DNA of 25,545 bases. Origin: a virus (taxonomy: Duplodnaviria; Caudoviricetes). How positions within the stretch are numbered: the stretch's first letter is position 1; every line of letters begins with the position of its first letter. The notes under the pieces were generated by a model. It saw only the letters and a program-made list of their open reading frames with translations, made no database searches and was not told where the DNA came from. A program made the position numbers and the translations under genes. The stretch is taken from IMG/VR virus record IMGVR_UViG_3300025103_000140, positions 1 through 25,545 of that record. One strand, given 5' to 3'. Positions 8,412 through 17,346 of this stretch are shown piece after piece.

Positions 8412-11400
8412 ATGGTTGCAAATAAAGAATGGCTCATTGACAAATACGGAACCTTTGAAATGGGTGGACGTGAGTATTACTTAGAAGATGGTGATACATG
8501 GGTAGATACAAAGTCAGGAGAAGTATACCGTGGAAAAGGGTTTGATACAGCTGAAGTATTTCACGAAGAAGGGGAAGGAACTAAACCAGGAACAGCTAGA
8601 GGTTACCAACAAGCTCAAATTATCTCTGATGTTATCCGAGACCAGGGCTTTAGTGAACAAGAAGAAGAAGGCACAGGTTTTTATGGTAGAACATTAGGTG
8701 TTCCTTACAACCCAGAAACAGAAACATCTTTAAATAGAAAGCTACACCAAGAGGGTTTAGTTGATTTAACTTCTTACACAGGTAAAGGCGATCAAGAAGC
8801 TTATTGGGCAGGCAAAATGATGAGAAGCCTTGTGGGCGATGGAGATCAGTATTGGGATAGAGCTAGAAATGAACTTGATGTTGGTAGTGCTGGTGATATT
8901 TATATACCTAAACGACAAGCTATAGATGAAGCACAGTTCGCAGAAAGTCCTTGGTTGTATAACGATGTAATGTTCAGACATCAAGGAAGAAATATAAAGA
9001 ACGAGGCTAATTCAGCATTTGCTACTGGATGGGACGCAGGCTGGAATAATATTTATGGTTCATTACATGGATTTAAAGCAGCACTAGGTGATGCTATTGG
9101 CAACGAAGAAATGTTTCAAAACGGAACTATGGGGGTAGAAGAATATGAACATAAAAACTCTTTACTTCCTACTTATGCTCAAGATGTTGGCGAGATAGAA
9201 AACATAACACAAGCAGGTAGATATATGGCTGGTATGATGGGACAAGCATTACCTTATATAATGGGTATCGCTGGTTCAGCAGCAGCTGGTTCGTTTATTG
9301 CAGGTGCTAGTGCTCTAGGATTAACTCTTGGTGCAATACCCCCAGCATTAACATATGCTGGTGAAGTATACGGTAGTATGGAAGGCGATATGGACGAGCG
9401 TAATGCAGCCGCAGCATTGTCTGCAGGTATAGTAATGGGTGTATTAGATAGGGTTGGTTTACATGGGTTACTTAATTCAAGTTCTATACTTAAGAAAGAT
9501 GCAATGGAAAAGATAGCTATCGAACTTCAAAAAAAGAAAGGTCTTTCTGAAGCAGCAGCTAAAGCTAAAATAAAAGAAGCAACATTCCAAGTTGAAAAAG
9601 AAGTTGCAGATGCAGCTGGAGCAATAGCACATATTGAAATGAGTAAAACTTTATTGGCTAAGGAATTTGGAACCTCTTTCTTAAAAGGAGCTGGGAGTGA
9701 AGGTGTTACTGAGGGTTTACAAGAATCAACTTCTTATGCAGCATCAGTAGCTGGATCTAAAAGAGAATGGAATGATGAGGATTATAAAAGAATTCTTGTG
9801 AATGCTATTACTGGTGGTGCTTTACTAGGTGGTACATTAGGTGGTACTTTAACAACTGGAAAAGGGTATGGCTCATTTAAAAAAATGCAAAGACAATATT
9901 CTCAAGCATCTACAGACGTAGCTAAAAACTTCTTTGGTGATGGTAATAATATAGAACAGTATGACGCTTGGATTAATCATTTAGAAATTGAATCAAAAGA
10001 CGAATTAAGAAATACGTTTAACAGACTATTTAATACTAGCATAGAAGATGAAAAATATGGTGAAGCAATAAGAGATTTTAAACAATGGAGAAAAGAGTCT
10101 GAAAATGGAAATTTAGCTGGACCTATGCATAAGAAGTACAGTAATATAAAGGAAGAACTTGAAAAGCTAAATAAAAAAATAATCGACCCTGAAGCAGAGA
10201 TAACAAAGAGCTCTAAAGCAGATGAAGAAGAAGGGCGTAAGGCGGACAGTATAAAAGAAAAGGGTGTACTAAGAACTCTTGCTGAACTTCCTGGCAGGGC
10301 TGTACAAAAGGGCGGGGCAAGACTATTAGAAAAGTTTATGAATAGTAATGATGTAAGTGATGCAGCAAAGCATAAGCTTGCTATTATAATGGATACATTT
10401 GCTCCCTCTAACACATCTCATATGGCAGGTATGGCTGCATACAAATATAAAACACTATTAATGCATAGCCTTTTAAACCACGCTGACATGGTCAAATCTG
10501 AGTTTATTCGTATATTTAATACTAGGAAGGCGGGTAAGGATTATAATACGAAAATGAGAGAATTTGAAGCTTGGCAGAGAGAAACTGATGAAGGTAACAC
10601 TAATGGACCTATGCATAAAAAGTATAGATATATTGAAAAAGACTTGATTACACTACATGAAAGAATAAATAGTTCAACTAACGCCCTTTGGGCTGCACAT
10701 AGTAATTTAGTAGAGGAAGTTAGAGACCCTTTAAAGGGTTATTTTTACAAATCTGCTGTGTTAAATCCAGAGGCTGTCAGAAAAAATAAAGAGTTATTTA
10801 TCCAAACATTAGTTACTGGCTGGCATTCTCCTGCAGAAGGGAAAAAACCACCTGATTTAAGAAGAATGAAGCATGAAGCAGCTGTGCAATTATGGGAGGA
10901 TATTGTTAATACTCCCGAAGGATACGCCCACGATAACACTAAAGATATTGCATTTAAACATCGTAAGGCTGGTACCCTAAGAAGAACAGAGTTATATCTT
11001 AGAGATTCTCAAGTAATGAATGAGGTTTTCTTAGAGAAAGATAACTTTGAAAAGTTGAAGCTTAATATTACCTCTACCATTAACCATGATATGGATAGAA
11101 AAATGCTTGGTAAAAATGGTATAAATTTAGATAGGGCGTTAATAGACCTTAAAAAAGAAATGGGAGATACTTGGGACCCTAGAATTAATGCTTTAGTTAA
11201 AGACTCTGTTGCAGCAAGTAGGGGAGATTATAAACCAATAAGCAATAAGTTCTTGGCTAGTATTCAAGGGCACTTAACTTTCATTGGAACAATAACTCAA
11301 CTTGATACATCTGTACTTGCGTCTTTACCTGAGATAGGTTTATTACTTCTTAATGCACCAAAGCATGGAGGAATTGTAGGAATAATTAAAAAGGCTAGTA

Positions 11401-12497
11401 GAGACTTAAAGAAACATTATAAAAGGTCTTTAATAGAAACAGCTCAGAATGTAAAGAGTGGTCTAGGAATAAATATGGACGAATACACCCAAAACCAATT
11501 GGATTTTTATAACTTTGGTTATGATTCAATTAAGCATGGTGTAATGGGACATATGGATATTGGACAAGAAATTGATCATATGTCTAAGTTTAAAAAGAAT
11601 ATGCTACAAACTTTCTTTACTTTAAACTTACTTAAACCATATACTGATAGTACTCGTGTAGCTAAATTAGCAATGGCACAAGATGCAATTGTTGATGATT
11701 TATATATTGTATCTACATATTTAGATGGCGGAAGTAACTATGCAGCTGATGCTTATGAAAGGTTAAGGGAATTAAATGTTAACCCAACTAAACTAGCACA
11801 AGAATATAAAGATGCTATCATAATATTGAGAGCTGACCCTACAATTATAAATAGAGATGTAATGTATAATAAAATAGCTAACGATGAAAGGTTTGTTAAT
11901 TTAATAGAACAGTTACAGATTGCTAGGAACTCATATGTAGATAACGTGTTAGCTAATCCTAATGCAATAGATAGACCTTTATGGTACTCTAATCCTCATT
12001 TTAGGTTAATGACACAATACAAGGGTTTCCTATCAACTTTTACTTCTCATATTCTACCTAGGATTTATAGGCAGGTGAGGCATGGTAATCCTGAAGCAAG
12101 ATATCAGGCGGTTGCAATGGCTGCAACTATGATTATGTTTGGGTTTTTAGGACAAGACTTAAAAGATGAATGGAAATTTAAAGATGGATATAATCCATGG
12201 ATAGAAGACACAGCAGAAATACAAAGAGGACTAGTGTCTTCTGGATTATTAGGAACTCCTGGAGAGTTAGTGAATATCATTCATCCTATTTATGATTTTA
12301 ATAGAGACGCTATAGACTTTGCTAATGAATTTGCAGGACCTTTTACAGGAACTCTGGCTAATTCAGCTAAGTTAATCGAAAGTGTTGTAGGTGGAGATGG
12401 AGCAAGAGCTGCTTATTATGGAAAGAAATTTACTCCTTTAGTGGGTAGATGGAAGGGCTTCAATGAAAGAGGTGGTTCAAGTGAAATTAGCTTTTAA
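8412..12497 (+). CDS. Large internal virion (ejection) protein with N-terminal SNase/thermonuclease-like domain
   Basis: 1361 aa, AGGAGG RBS. N-terminal motifs DGDT, RGKGFDTAE, YGRTLG and LNRKLHQEGLV. Then Gly/Ala-rich hydrophobic helices and a helical C-terminus (RPLWYSNPHFRLMTQYKGF). Positional analogue of T7 gp16. Confidence 0.75.
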   Translation: MVANKEWLIDKYGTFEMGGREYYLEDGDTWVDTKSGEVYRGKGFDTAEVFHEEGEGTKPGTARGYQQAQIISDVIRDQGFSEQEEEGTGFYGRTLGVPYNPETETSLNRKLHQEGLVDLTSYTGKGDQEAYWAGKMMRSLVGDGDQYWDRARNELDVGSAGDIYIPKRQAIDEAQFAESPWLYNDVMFRHQGRNIKNEANSAFATGWDAGWNNIYGSLHGFKAALGDAIGNEEMFQNGTMGVEEYEHKNSLLPTYAQDVGEIENITQAGRYMAGMMGQALPYIMGIAGSAAAGSFIAGASALGLTLGAIPPALTYAGEVYGSMEGDMDERNAAAALSAGIVMGVLDRVGLHGLLNSSSILKKDAMEKIAIELQKKKGLSEAAAKAKIKEATFQVEKEVADAAGAIAHIEMSKTLLAKEFGTSFLKGAGSEGVTEGLQESTSYAASVAGSKREWNDEDYKRILVNAITGGALLGGTLGGTLTTGKGYGSFKKMQRQYSQASTDVAKNFFGDGNNIEQYDAWINHLEIESKDELRNTFNRLFNTSIEDEKYGEAIRDFKQWRKESENGNLAGPMHKKYSNIKEELEKLNKKIIDPEAEITKSSKADEEEGRKADSIKEKGVLRTLAELPGRAVQKGGARLLEKFMNSNDVSDAAKHKLAIIMDTFAPSNTSHMAGMAAYKYKTLLMHSLLNHADMVKSEFIRIFNTRKAGKDYNTKMREFEAWQRETDEGNTNGPMHKKYRYIEKDLITLHERINSSTNALWAAHSNLVEEVRDPLKGYFYKSAVLNPEAVRKNKELFIQTLVTGWHSPAEGKKPPDLRRMKHEAAVQLWEDIVNTPEGYAHDNTKDIAFKHRKAGTLRRTELYLRDSQVMNEVFLEKDNFEKLKLNITSTINHDMDRKMLGKNGINLDRALIDLKKEMGDTWDPRINALVKDSVAASRGDYKPISNKFLASIQGHLTFIGTITQLDTSVLASLPEIGLLLLNAPKHGGIVGIIKKASRDLKKHYKRSLIETAQNVKSGLGINMDEYTQNQLDFYNFGYDSIKHGVMGHMDIGQEIDHMSKFKKNMLQTFFTLNLLKPYTDSTRVAKLAMAQDAIVDDLYIVSTYLDGGSNYAADAYERLRELNVNPTKLAQEYKDAIIILRADPTIINRDVMYNKIANDERFVNLIEQLQIARNSYVDNVLANPNAIDRPLWYSNPHFRLMTQYKGFLSTFTSHILPRIYRQVRHGNPEARYQAVAMAATMIMFGFLGQDLKDEWKFKDGYNPWIEDTAEIQRGLVSSGLLGTPGELVNIIHPIYDFNRDAIDFANEFAGPFTGTLANSAKLIESVVGGDGARAAYYGKKFTPLVGRWKGFNERGGSSEISF
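10008..10667 (+). repeat. Intragenic duplication: two diverged ~58-codon copies (10008-10181 and 10494-10667)
   Basis: FNRLFNT...RDFKQWRKESENGNLAGPMHKKY aligns without gaps to FIRIFNT...REFEAWQRETDEGNTNGPMHKKY. GGACCTATGCATAA occurs at 10119 and 10605, 486 nt apart. Confidence 0.9.
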
Positions 12498-12508
12498 TAA
12501 AGGAGTAT

Positions 12509-15500
12509 TTGATGGCTTATAGTAATGTTAGTACAGGAAAGTATGGCGGTAAAAAACTAGAAGAAAGACATGTTATTAATGAAAAAAGAATCGAGGAAAT
12601 AATAGCAGAAAACCAAAAGAAAAAAGCTGATGATGACGAATTTGAAGCAATATTAAGAGAGTCTGAATACACCCAGCCTATTGTTAGCCCCGAAGCTTCT
12701 GAAGGATTACAAAATGTTCTTGATAACGCTGTAAAAAACCCTAGTGTTGGTGCGGCTATGGGTGTCATTGAGGCAATACCACCAAGACCAAACACTAATC
12801 AAGGTGTTATGTCTGGTCCAAATGTAGAAACTTTGACTGATATGGATTTGGTTAATAGGGGTAATACATCTGAGTCAGCAGCTACATCTTTAAGAGAGGC
12901 TATTAATGCTCAAGATCAAGAGGCTGCTTTAAATATAATGGGTGGAATCGAAAATGCCAATATTGTTTTAGAAGACCACAAAGATTACTCTGCTAAAGTA
13001 ATTAATCAGATGAATAATTTAACCACTGGTATGTCATCAGCATCTTACGAAGATTACATTAATAGAGCGGCAGAAGATTTAAGAACAGACCCAAGTTCTG
13101 TTGCTGAATATATGAGCACTTGGTTGACAGATTTTAAAACTCTAGAATCTAATGGTGTACCTGAAGCTTTCTCGGATGCAGCTTTACATGCTGTGTTACA
13201 TGTGCTTAAAGATAAAACTCTTGGTGTAAAAGAAGGCATTAAAGATGATAAACAGACGGAAGAAACACGAACAGAACAAGAGAATAAAAACGCTACTGTA
13301 GCAACACATGAAGCTATTGGAGGAATAATTGAAGGTGCTTTTAAAGTTAAGAATGGAACCCCAACAACTAGGGCTATAGGTGGAGCTCTTGCTTTGAGAG
13401 CTGTGACGGATGCTTTAGGTTCTGTTACATACAAAGATAAAACAACAGAAAATGTTAACAAAATGGGGTTATTTAAAACAGAATTAGAAAGAGTAGATGA
13501 TAAAGATGTCTATGTAACTAAGCTTACTGAAGCTGGTTTAAATGCAGCGGAAGAATTATCTGAATTAGGAAACCTTGTTATACCTGGCATGAAAAGAGAT
13601 GTTCATAGCAATCCACCATTAAGACAAACGGGTGCATTAGCAACAGTCTCTAAACAACTACAAAGAAAAGAAGACCCTAATAGAAGAGCAGGAAAGGCTG
13701 AAGATACTAACAAAGGTATTCATGCTTTGAATGGTGTTAAACATAAAATAAACAAAGATTTGGCTGCTAAAATTAATGATTCATTGAGAAACCAAGAGGT
13801 TGTAGATATCTTAGAGGGCCCAAACTTTATAAATATAGAGGGTATTGAATGGAATGGCAAAATCCATAAGAGAAGGGAGAATGGAGAAACATACAGGGTT
13901 AGATATATAGTACAGGATTATATAAATGGCCAACCTAATACTAACCCAGGAAGAAAAGTTCCAAACCCTAACTATGGTAATCCAGCTGCTGAAGACTCTA
14001 ATCAACAATGGTTAGTAGAAGAATATCATGGAGACTTTGCAAAAGATTTAGCTTGGAATGAAACTTGGCAGTGGATTGCGAATCATGTTGAAGATGGTTT
14101 CTTTTACTATACACATTTTATTGGAGGAGCTAAGAGGGTTCATGTTGATCAAACATTGGGTAACTATCAATCTAATAAATTAGCTAGGGGTTTACTTGAG
14201 GCAGCTCAAACCATTGTATATAACTTAACATCTCAGAATGACCTTGTACCTTTGCAAGCTGGAATCTTAAAAAAGTTTGGAATGAACAAAGTCAAACATG
14301 GTAGTAATAAACAAATAGCAGACCAATTTAATGGGATTGTAAGAGGTTGGAAAGCAATACAAGATGCTCACACAAATGCAGGCGGTGCTGGTATAGCACC
14401 TGAACTTGTAAGAAAAGCTGGAGAAGAAGAGGGTTGGTCTTCGATAAATGCTATACATGAAGGTATAAAACTTTTTGAGTATATGAGAGACCCACAGAAT
14501 AAACTTAAAGAATACAGGTCTGGATTTATAACAGAAATCGATGGAACTGCTAATGGTGTAGCAATTAATTCAATGTATGCTGGAGATCAAAAAACTGGTT
14601 TATATACTGGCATGTTGGGTGCAGACCCACATAACGATGTTTACACCTTAACAACTGATATGTTTTTAGAGATAACAAATAACTATAGTGGTTCATTAGG
14701 ACCAAAGTTTTCTCATATATGGCAACAGTTAGGGGCACAAAGAAAGTACGCTAAAAAACCCTTAATGACTTTTGGATACGGTGCTGGTGAAGCATCTATT
14801 AAAAACGCTTTTAAAAATGAACTATGGAGTGAAATAGAAAATAGTGCTGAGTTTAAAGGTAAATTAAAAGAGATATTAAAAGATGAAAGGTTGTTTCATA
14901 AGTTTGTCGAAGATTCTGCAGTGGCAATGCAAACAGCAATTGGTACTAATTTTCCTAATCTACAGTCGTTGTCTAAAGTTATAGCTGCTATTGTTACGAG
15001 AGCTGTAGAATTAGGCGTAGCACCTCGCACTATTACTGATAATAATGATTTTATAGAGTTTGGTTTATCTGAAAGAGTAATAGATAAATCTAAGAGTTTT
15101 AAAGGAAGCTTAAATAAAAAAGCAACCGCAAAACAAAAAAGTCGAAGCTTGTATTTCAATACATTTGAAAGGGTTAATGACCCAGCTGGAAAGACTTACA
15201 GTAAATCAGCAGAAATTGGTACTTACAAAGCATCTAAACAAGCTCCTGTTTTGGTAACCCAATCAATGGATTCCTTGGTAATGATGCGTACAATGGATAA
15301 AATGAAGAAGCGTTTTGGTAATAATTTTTATGCTGCTCAAATCTTTGACGGTGTTATGATACCACCTAAGCATGCTAAAGCTTTTTCTGAAGCCCTACAT
15401 AAAGAGTTGATTCATTTGGGAAAAAATTACAATGTTATTAATAATTTATTAGAAGGTATTTACAATACTGACCCAGCTAGATTTTATGATTGGGCAGTAA

Positions 15501-15799
15501 AGGCTGGTATGGAAAAGAAACACGAGCATAATTGGCAAGAAATTATGAGGTATGCTTTAGGTACAGAAAATACTAAAGAAGGAATGCCAGCTATTTATAT
15601 TTACAATAGAATGAAAAGTGAGGCTGCTGGTAAGACTATTAAAACTCCACACTCTGTGCAAAAAATTATTAATCGTTTGAATACATTAAGAGGAGAATAT
15701 GTTGCAAAGATGAATATAGAAGATATGTATCAGTATGGTTGGGACTTTCCAACTCGCCAGTCTGACCAACACGTTCAGGATTTTAAAGCATCTCGTTGA
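12509..15799 (+). CDS. Single-subunit DNA-dependent RNA polymerase, N4 virion-RNAP-like (start TTG 12509 or ATG 12512)
   Basis: Motifs in correct order: YQSNKLARGLL (K557, R560), motif A TEIDGTANG (E676, D678), motif B RKYAKKPLMTFGYGAG (R745, K749, Y757), pre-C TQSMDS and motif C QIFDGV (D947). Last gene of the virion operon. Confidence 0.88.
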   Translation: MMAYSNVSTGKYGGKKLEERHVINEKRIEEIIAENQKKKADDDEFEAILRESEYTQPIVSPEASEGLQNVLDNAVKNPSVGAAMGVIEAIPPRPNTNQGVMSGPNVETLTDMDLVNRGNTSESAATSLREAINAQDQEAALNIMGGIENANIVLEDHKDYSAKVINQMNNLTTGMSSASYEDYINRAAEDLRTDPSSVAEYMSTWLTDFKTLESNGVPEAFSDAALHAVLHVLKDKTLGVKEGIKDDKQTEETRTEQENKNATVATHEAIGGIIEGAFKVKNGTPTTRAIGGALALRAVTDALGSVTYKDKTTENVNKMGLFKTELERVDDKDVYVTKLTEAGLNAAEELSELGNLVIPGMKRDVHSNPPLRQTGALATVSKQLQRKEDPNRRAGKAEDTNKGIHALNGVKHKINKDLAAKINDSLRNQEVVDILEGPNFINIEGIEWNGKIHKRRENGETYRVRYIVQDYINGQPNTNPGRKVPNPNYGNPAAEDSNQQWLVEEYHGDFAKDLAWNETWQWIANHVEDGFFYYTHFIGGAKRVHVDQTLGNYQSNKLARGLLEAAQTIVYNLTSQNDLVPLQAGILKKFGMNKVKHGSNKQIADQFNGIVRGWKAIQDAHTNAGGAGIAPELVRKAGEEEGWSSINAIHEGIKLFEYMRDPQNKLKEYRSGFITEIDGTANGVAINSMYAGDQKTGLYTGMLGADPHNDVYTLTTDMFLEITNNYSGSLGPKFSHIWQQLGAQRKYAKKPLMTFGYGAGEASIKNAFKNELWSEIENSAEFKGKLKEILKDERLFHKFVEDSAVAMQTAIGTNFPNLQSLSKVIAAIVTRAVELGVAPRTITDNNDFIEFGLSERVIDKSKSFKGSLNKKATAKQKSRSLYFNTFERVNDPAGKTYSKSAEIGTYKASKQAPVLVTQSMDSLVMMRTMDKMKKRFGNNFYAAQIFDGVMIPPKHAKAFSEALHKELIHLGKNYNVINNLLEGIYNTDPARFYDWAVKAGMEKKHEHNWQEIMRYALGTENTKEGMPAIYIYNRMKSEAAGKTIKTPHSVQKIINRLNTLRGEYVAKMNIEDMYQYGWDFPTRQSDQHVQDFKASR

Positions 15800-15818
15800 T
15801 AAAAGTAAAATAAAAAGT

Positions 15819-15872
15819 AAAAAAAAACCCCCTACAAGATTCCGTTAAGGCCTCTTGTAGGGGGTTTTTTTT
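15819..15872. terminator. Bidirectional rho-independent terminator
   Basis: A9-CCCCCTACAAGA (15828-15839), 13-nt loop, TCTTGTAGGGGG (15853-15864)-T8. A perfect 12-bp stem with U-tracts on both strands, between convergent stop codons. Confidence 0.95.
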
Positions 15873-16146
15873 AGTATCCACGAACCTTTATAACTTGTTT
15901 TAGGTTCTTTTCTGCTTCTTTTCTAAGTTTATTTGCGATTTTATAAGCTTCTTTTTGAGCTTTATCTGGTCTCATTCCTTTTTCTATTAAGGCTTCTTTT
16001 TCGTCCTTAACATTGTTCACGCCAATAATGTCTAGCATTGCTTCGTTTATCTCTGGTTTTCCTTCTAGCTCTGGAGATAAATTAAATTCTTTAATGAATT
16101 CTGCGTCTGTTATTCCATGCTGACTCATAATATTATGATCTTTCAT
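15871..16146 (-). CDS. Hypothetical protein
   Basis: 91 aa, AGGAG RBS. Last gene before the terminator. Confidence 0.7.
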   Translation of the reverse strand: MKDHNIMSQHGITDAEFIKEFNLSPELEGKPEINEAMLDIIGVNNVKDEKEALIEKGMRPDKAQKEAYKIANKLRKEAEKNLKQVIKVRGY

Positions 16147-16154
16147 GTTTGCTC

Positions 16155-16343
16155 CTAGTGGTTGGTTATTATAGAAGAGCCGACTTGTTTCGACTCTTCC
16201 TCTTCTTCAGATAAATAATTTAACATTGAATCTATCATGTTACTATTATCATCTATAGTAAATACCATTTCGATAACTTCTGTTCTGTTTAGTTTACTTT
16301 CTTCGTTATCAATAATAGTAAATGTTGCTTTACATGTTTTCAT
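16155..16343 (-). CDS. Hypothetical protein (62 aa; start revised from 16406 to 16343)
   Basis: AAAGGAGAAAAC directly precedes ATG at 16343 (MKTCKATF...). This start also removes the overlap with the upstream gene. Confidence 0.6.
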   Translation of the reverse strand: MKTCKATFTIIDNEESKLNRTEVIEMVFTIDDNSNMIDSMLNYLSEEEEESKQVGSSIITNH

Positions 16344-16371
16344 GTTTTCTCCTTTTGTTTTTTCATTGTAA

Positions 16372-16572
16372 TCAAATAGCTTGGTACAATATTCTTTCAG
16401 GTTCATGATATTCTCTTTTTAATTGTTCACTTACAGTGTTATCATCTCTTTGCATACATCTTTCCATATATCCTTCAAAGACACCATCTTTTTTCATTCC
16501 TGCTGATTTAGCAATTTGCTCATAATTTCTTGCTAGTATTGTACACGCTTGAATTTTACTTGTTTCAGTCAT
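16372..16572 (-). CDS. Hypothetical protein
   Basis: 66 aa, AAGGAG RBS, co-oriented in the operon. Confidence 0.65.
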   Translation of the reverse strand: MTETSKIQACTILARNYEQIAKSAGMKKDGVFEGYMERCMQRDDNTVSEQLKREYHEPERILYQAI

Positions 16573-16581
16573 TTTTTCTCC

Positions 16582-16779
16582 TTATGTTGATTGTTTTTTA
16601 TTTATTATTTTTATACGGTAACCATCCTTCGATAATTGATCAATTTCATAATCAATTTTTCCATCATGATAATTTATTAATGCAGCAGTTACCCCCTCTT
16701 GGAACTTTGTTTCTCCATGTCTCCATGTTATGTACCCGCCAACAATGGTGAGTACTATTACAAATAGTATTTCTATCAT
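16582..16779 (-). CDS. Small membrane-anchored protein
   Basis: 65 aa with N-terminal hydrophobic helix MIEILFVIVLTIVGGYITW. AAGGAG RBS. Confidence 0.7.
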   Translation of the reverse strand: MIEILFVIVLTIVGGYITWRHGETKFQEGVTAALINYHDGKIDYEIDQLSKDGYRIKIINKKQST

Positions 16780-16790
16780 ATATTCTCCTT

Positions 16791-16958
16791 TTATTTTTTT
16801 TCTTGAAGTGCGACTCTATTAAAGCCGAGTTTTTTTAGGATTAGAAGCGTCTCTAGCCATGCCTCACATTGGGTTGTTATACCAGTGTCGTGTGACTCTC
16901 TTGAAATCTTATAACATCGTTCAATTGCTTCGTTAGTGTTTATCGTCCTGGTTGTCAA
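16791..16958 (-). CDS. Small hypothetical protein (55 aa, TTG start; not in ORF track)
   Basis: AGGAG-N6-TTG. Reads MTTRTINTNEAIERCYKISRESHDTGITTQCEAWLETLLILKKLGFNRVALQEKK. It fills the apparent gap and stops right at the next RBS. Confidence 0.65.
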   Translation of the reverse strand: MTTRTINTNEAIERCYKISRESHDTGITTQCEAWLETLLILKKLGFNRVALQEKK

Positions 16959-17346
16959 TGAATTCTCCTATGAGCTCAACAACAATATGGTCTTCTACAT
17001 CCTTACCAGCCTCACCAAAATCTACTGTGTAGCCTTTGACATATTGGTAATTATCGTCTTTTATCTTTCCACCATCTACAATTGCATCCATTAAAAACTT
17101 ATGAACAGGAAACCAGTAATTATCTAAGTCTTTTTTTTGGTTTCCTTTAAAGAACAACGTGTACTCTGGACGCAACCATAAATACTCTGGTAGGCTATCA
17201 ACAAAGGGCTCAATAAGCTCAGAGTAATGTTTTTTACATTTAGCTTGAGAACCCCAGTGCATTTTTTTAAATATATTTTGTGATAATTTAACTGCTTTAC
17301 CTTTACGAGTGTATGTTGGATATTCTAATATAGCATTGTATTTCAT
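16933..17346 (-). CDS. rusA: RusA-family Holliday junction resolvase
   Basis: KKDLDNY...KFLMDAIVDGGKIKDDN matches the RusA D-x-D-N...K...D-A...DD signature. ATGA overlap with the exonuclease gene. Confidence 0.8.
   Translation of the reverse strand: MKYNAILEYPTYTRKGKAVKLSQNIFKKMHWGSQAKCKKHYSELIEPFVDSLPEYLWLRPEYTLFFKGNQKKDLDNYWFPVHKFLMDAIVDGGKIKDDNYQYVKGYTVDFGEAGKDVEDHIVVELIGEFIDNQDDKH

Noticed and set aside
8394-8414. 730-aa and 1361-aa genes are in frame across one TAA (possible broken giant vRNAP-like polyprotein)
   Set aside because: A strong AGGAGG RBS sits in the 15-nt gap, and the RNAP gene is in another frame with its own RBS. These look like separate genes, not a sequencing error or pseudogene.
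19-15159. Numerous 60-145 aa - strand ORFs inside the virion operon (and 3566-3763 on +)
   Set aside because: All are nested in longer, RBS-supported + strand genes and have the composition typical of antisense or alternative frames.
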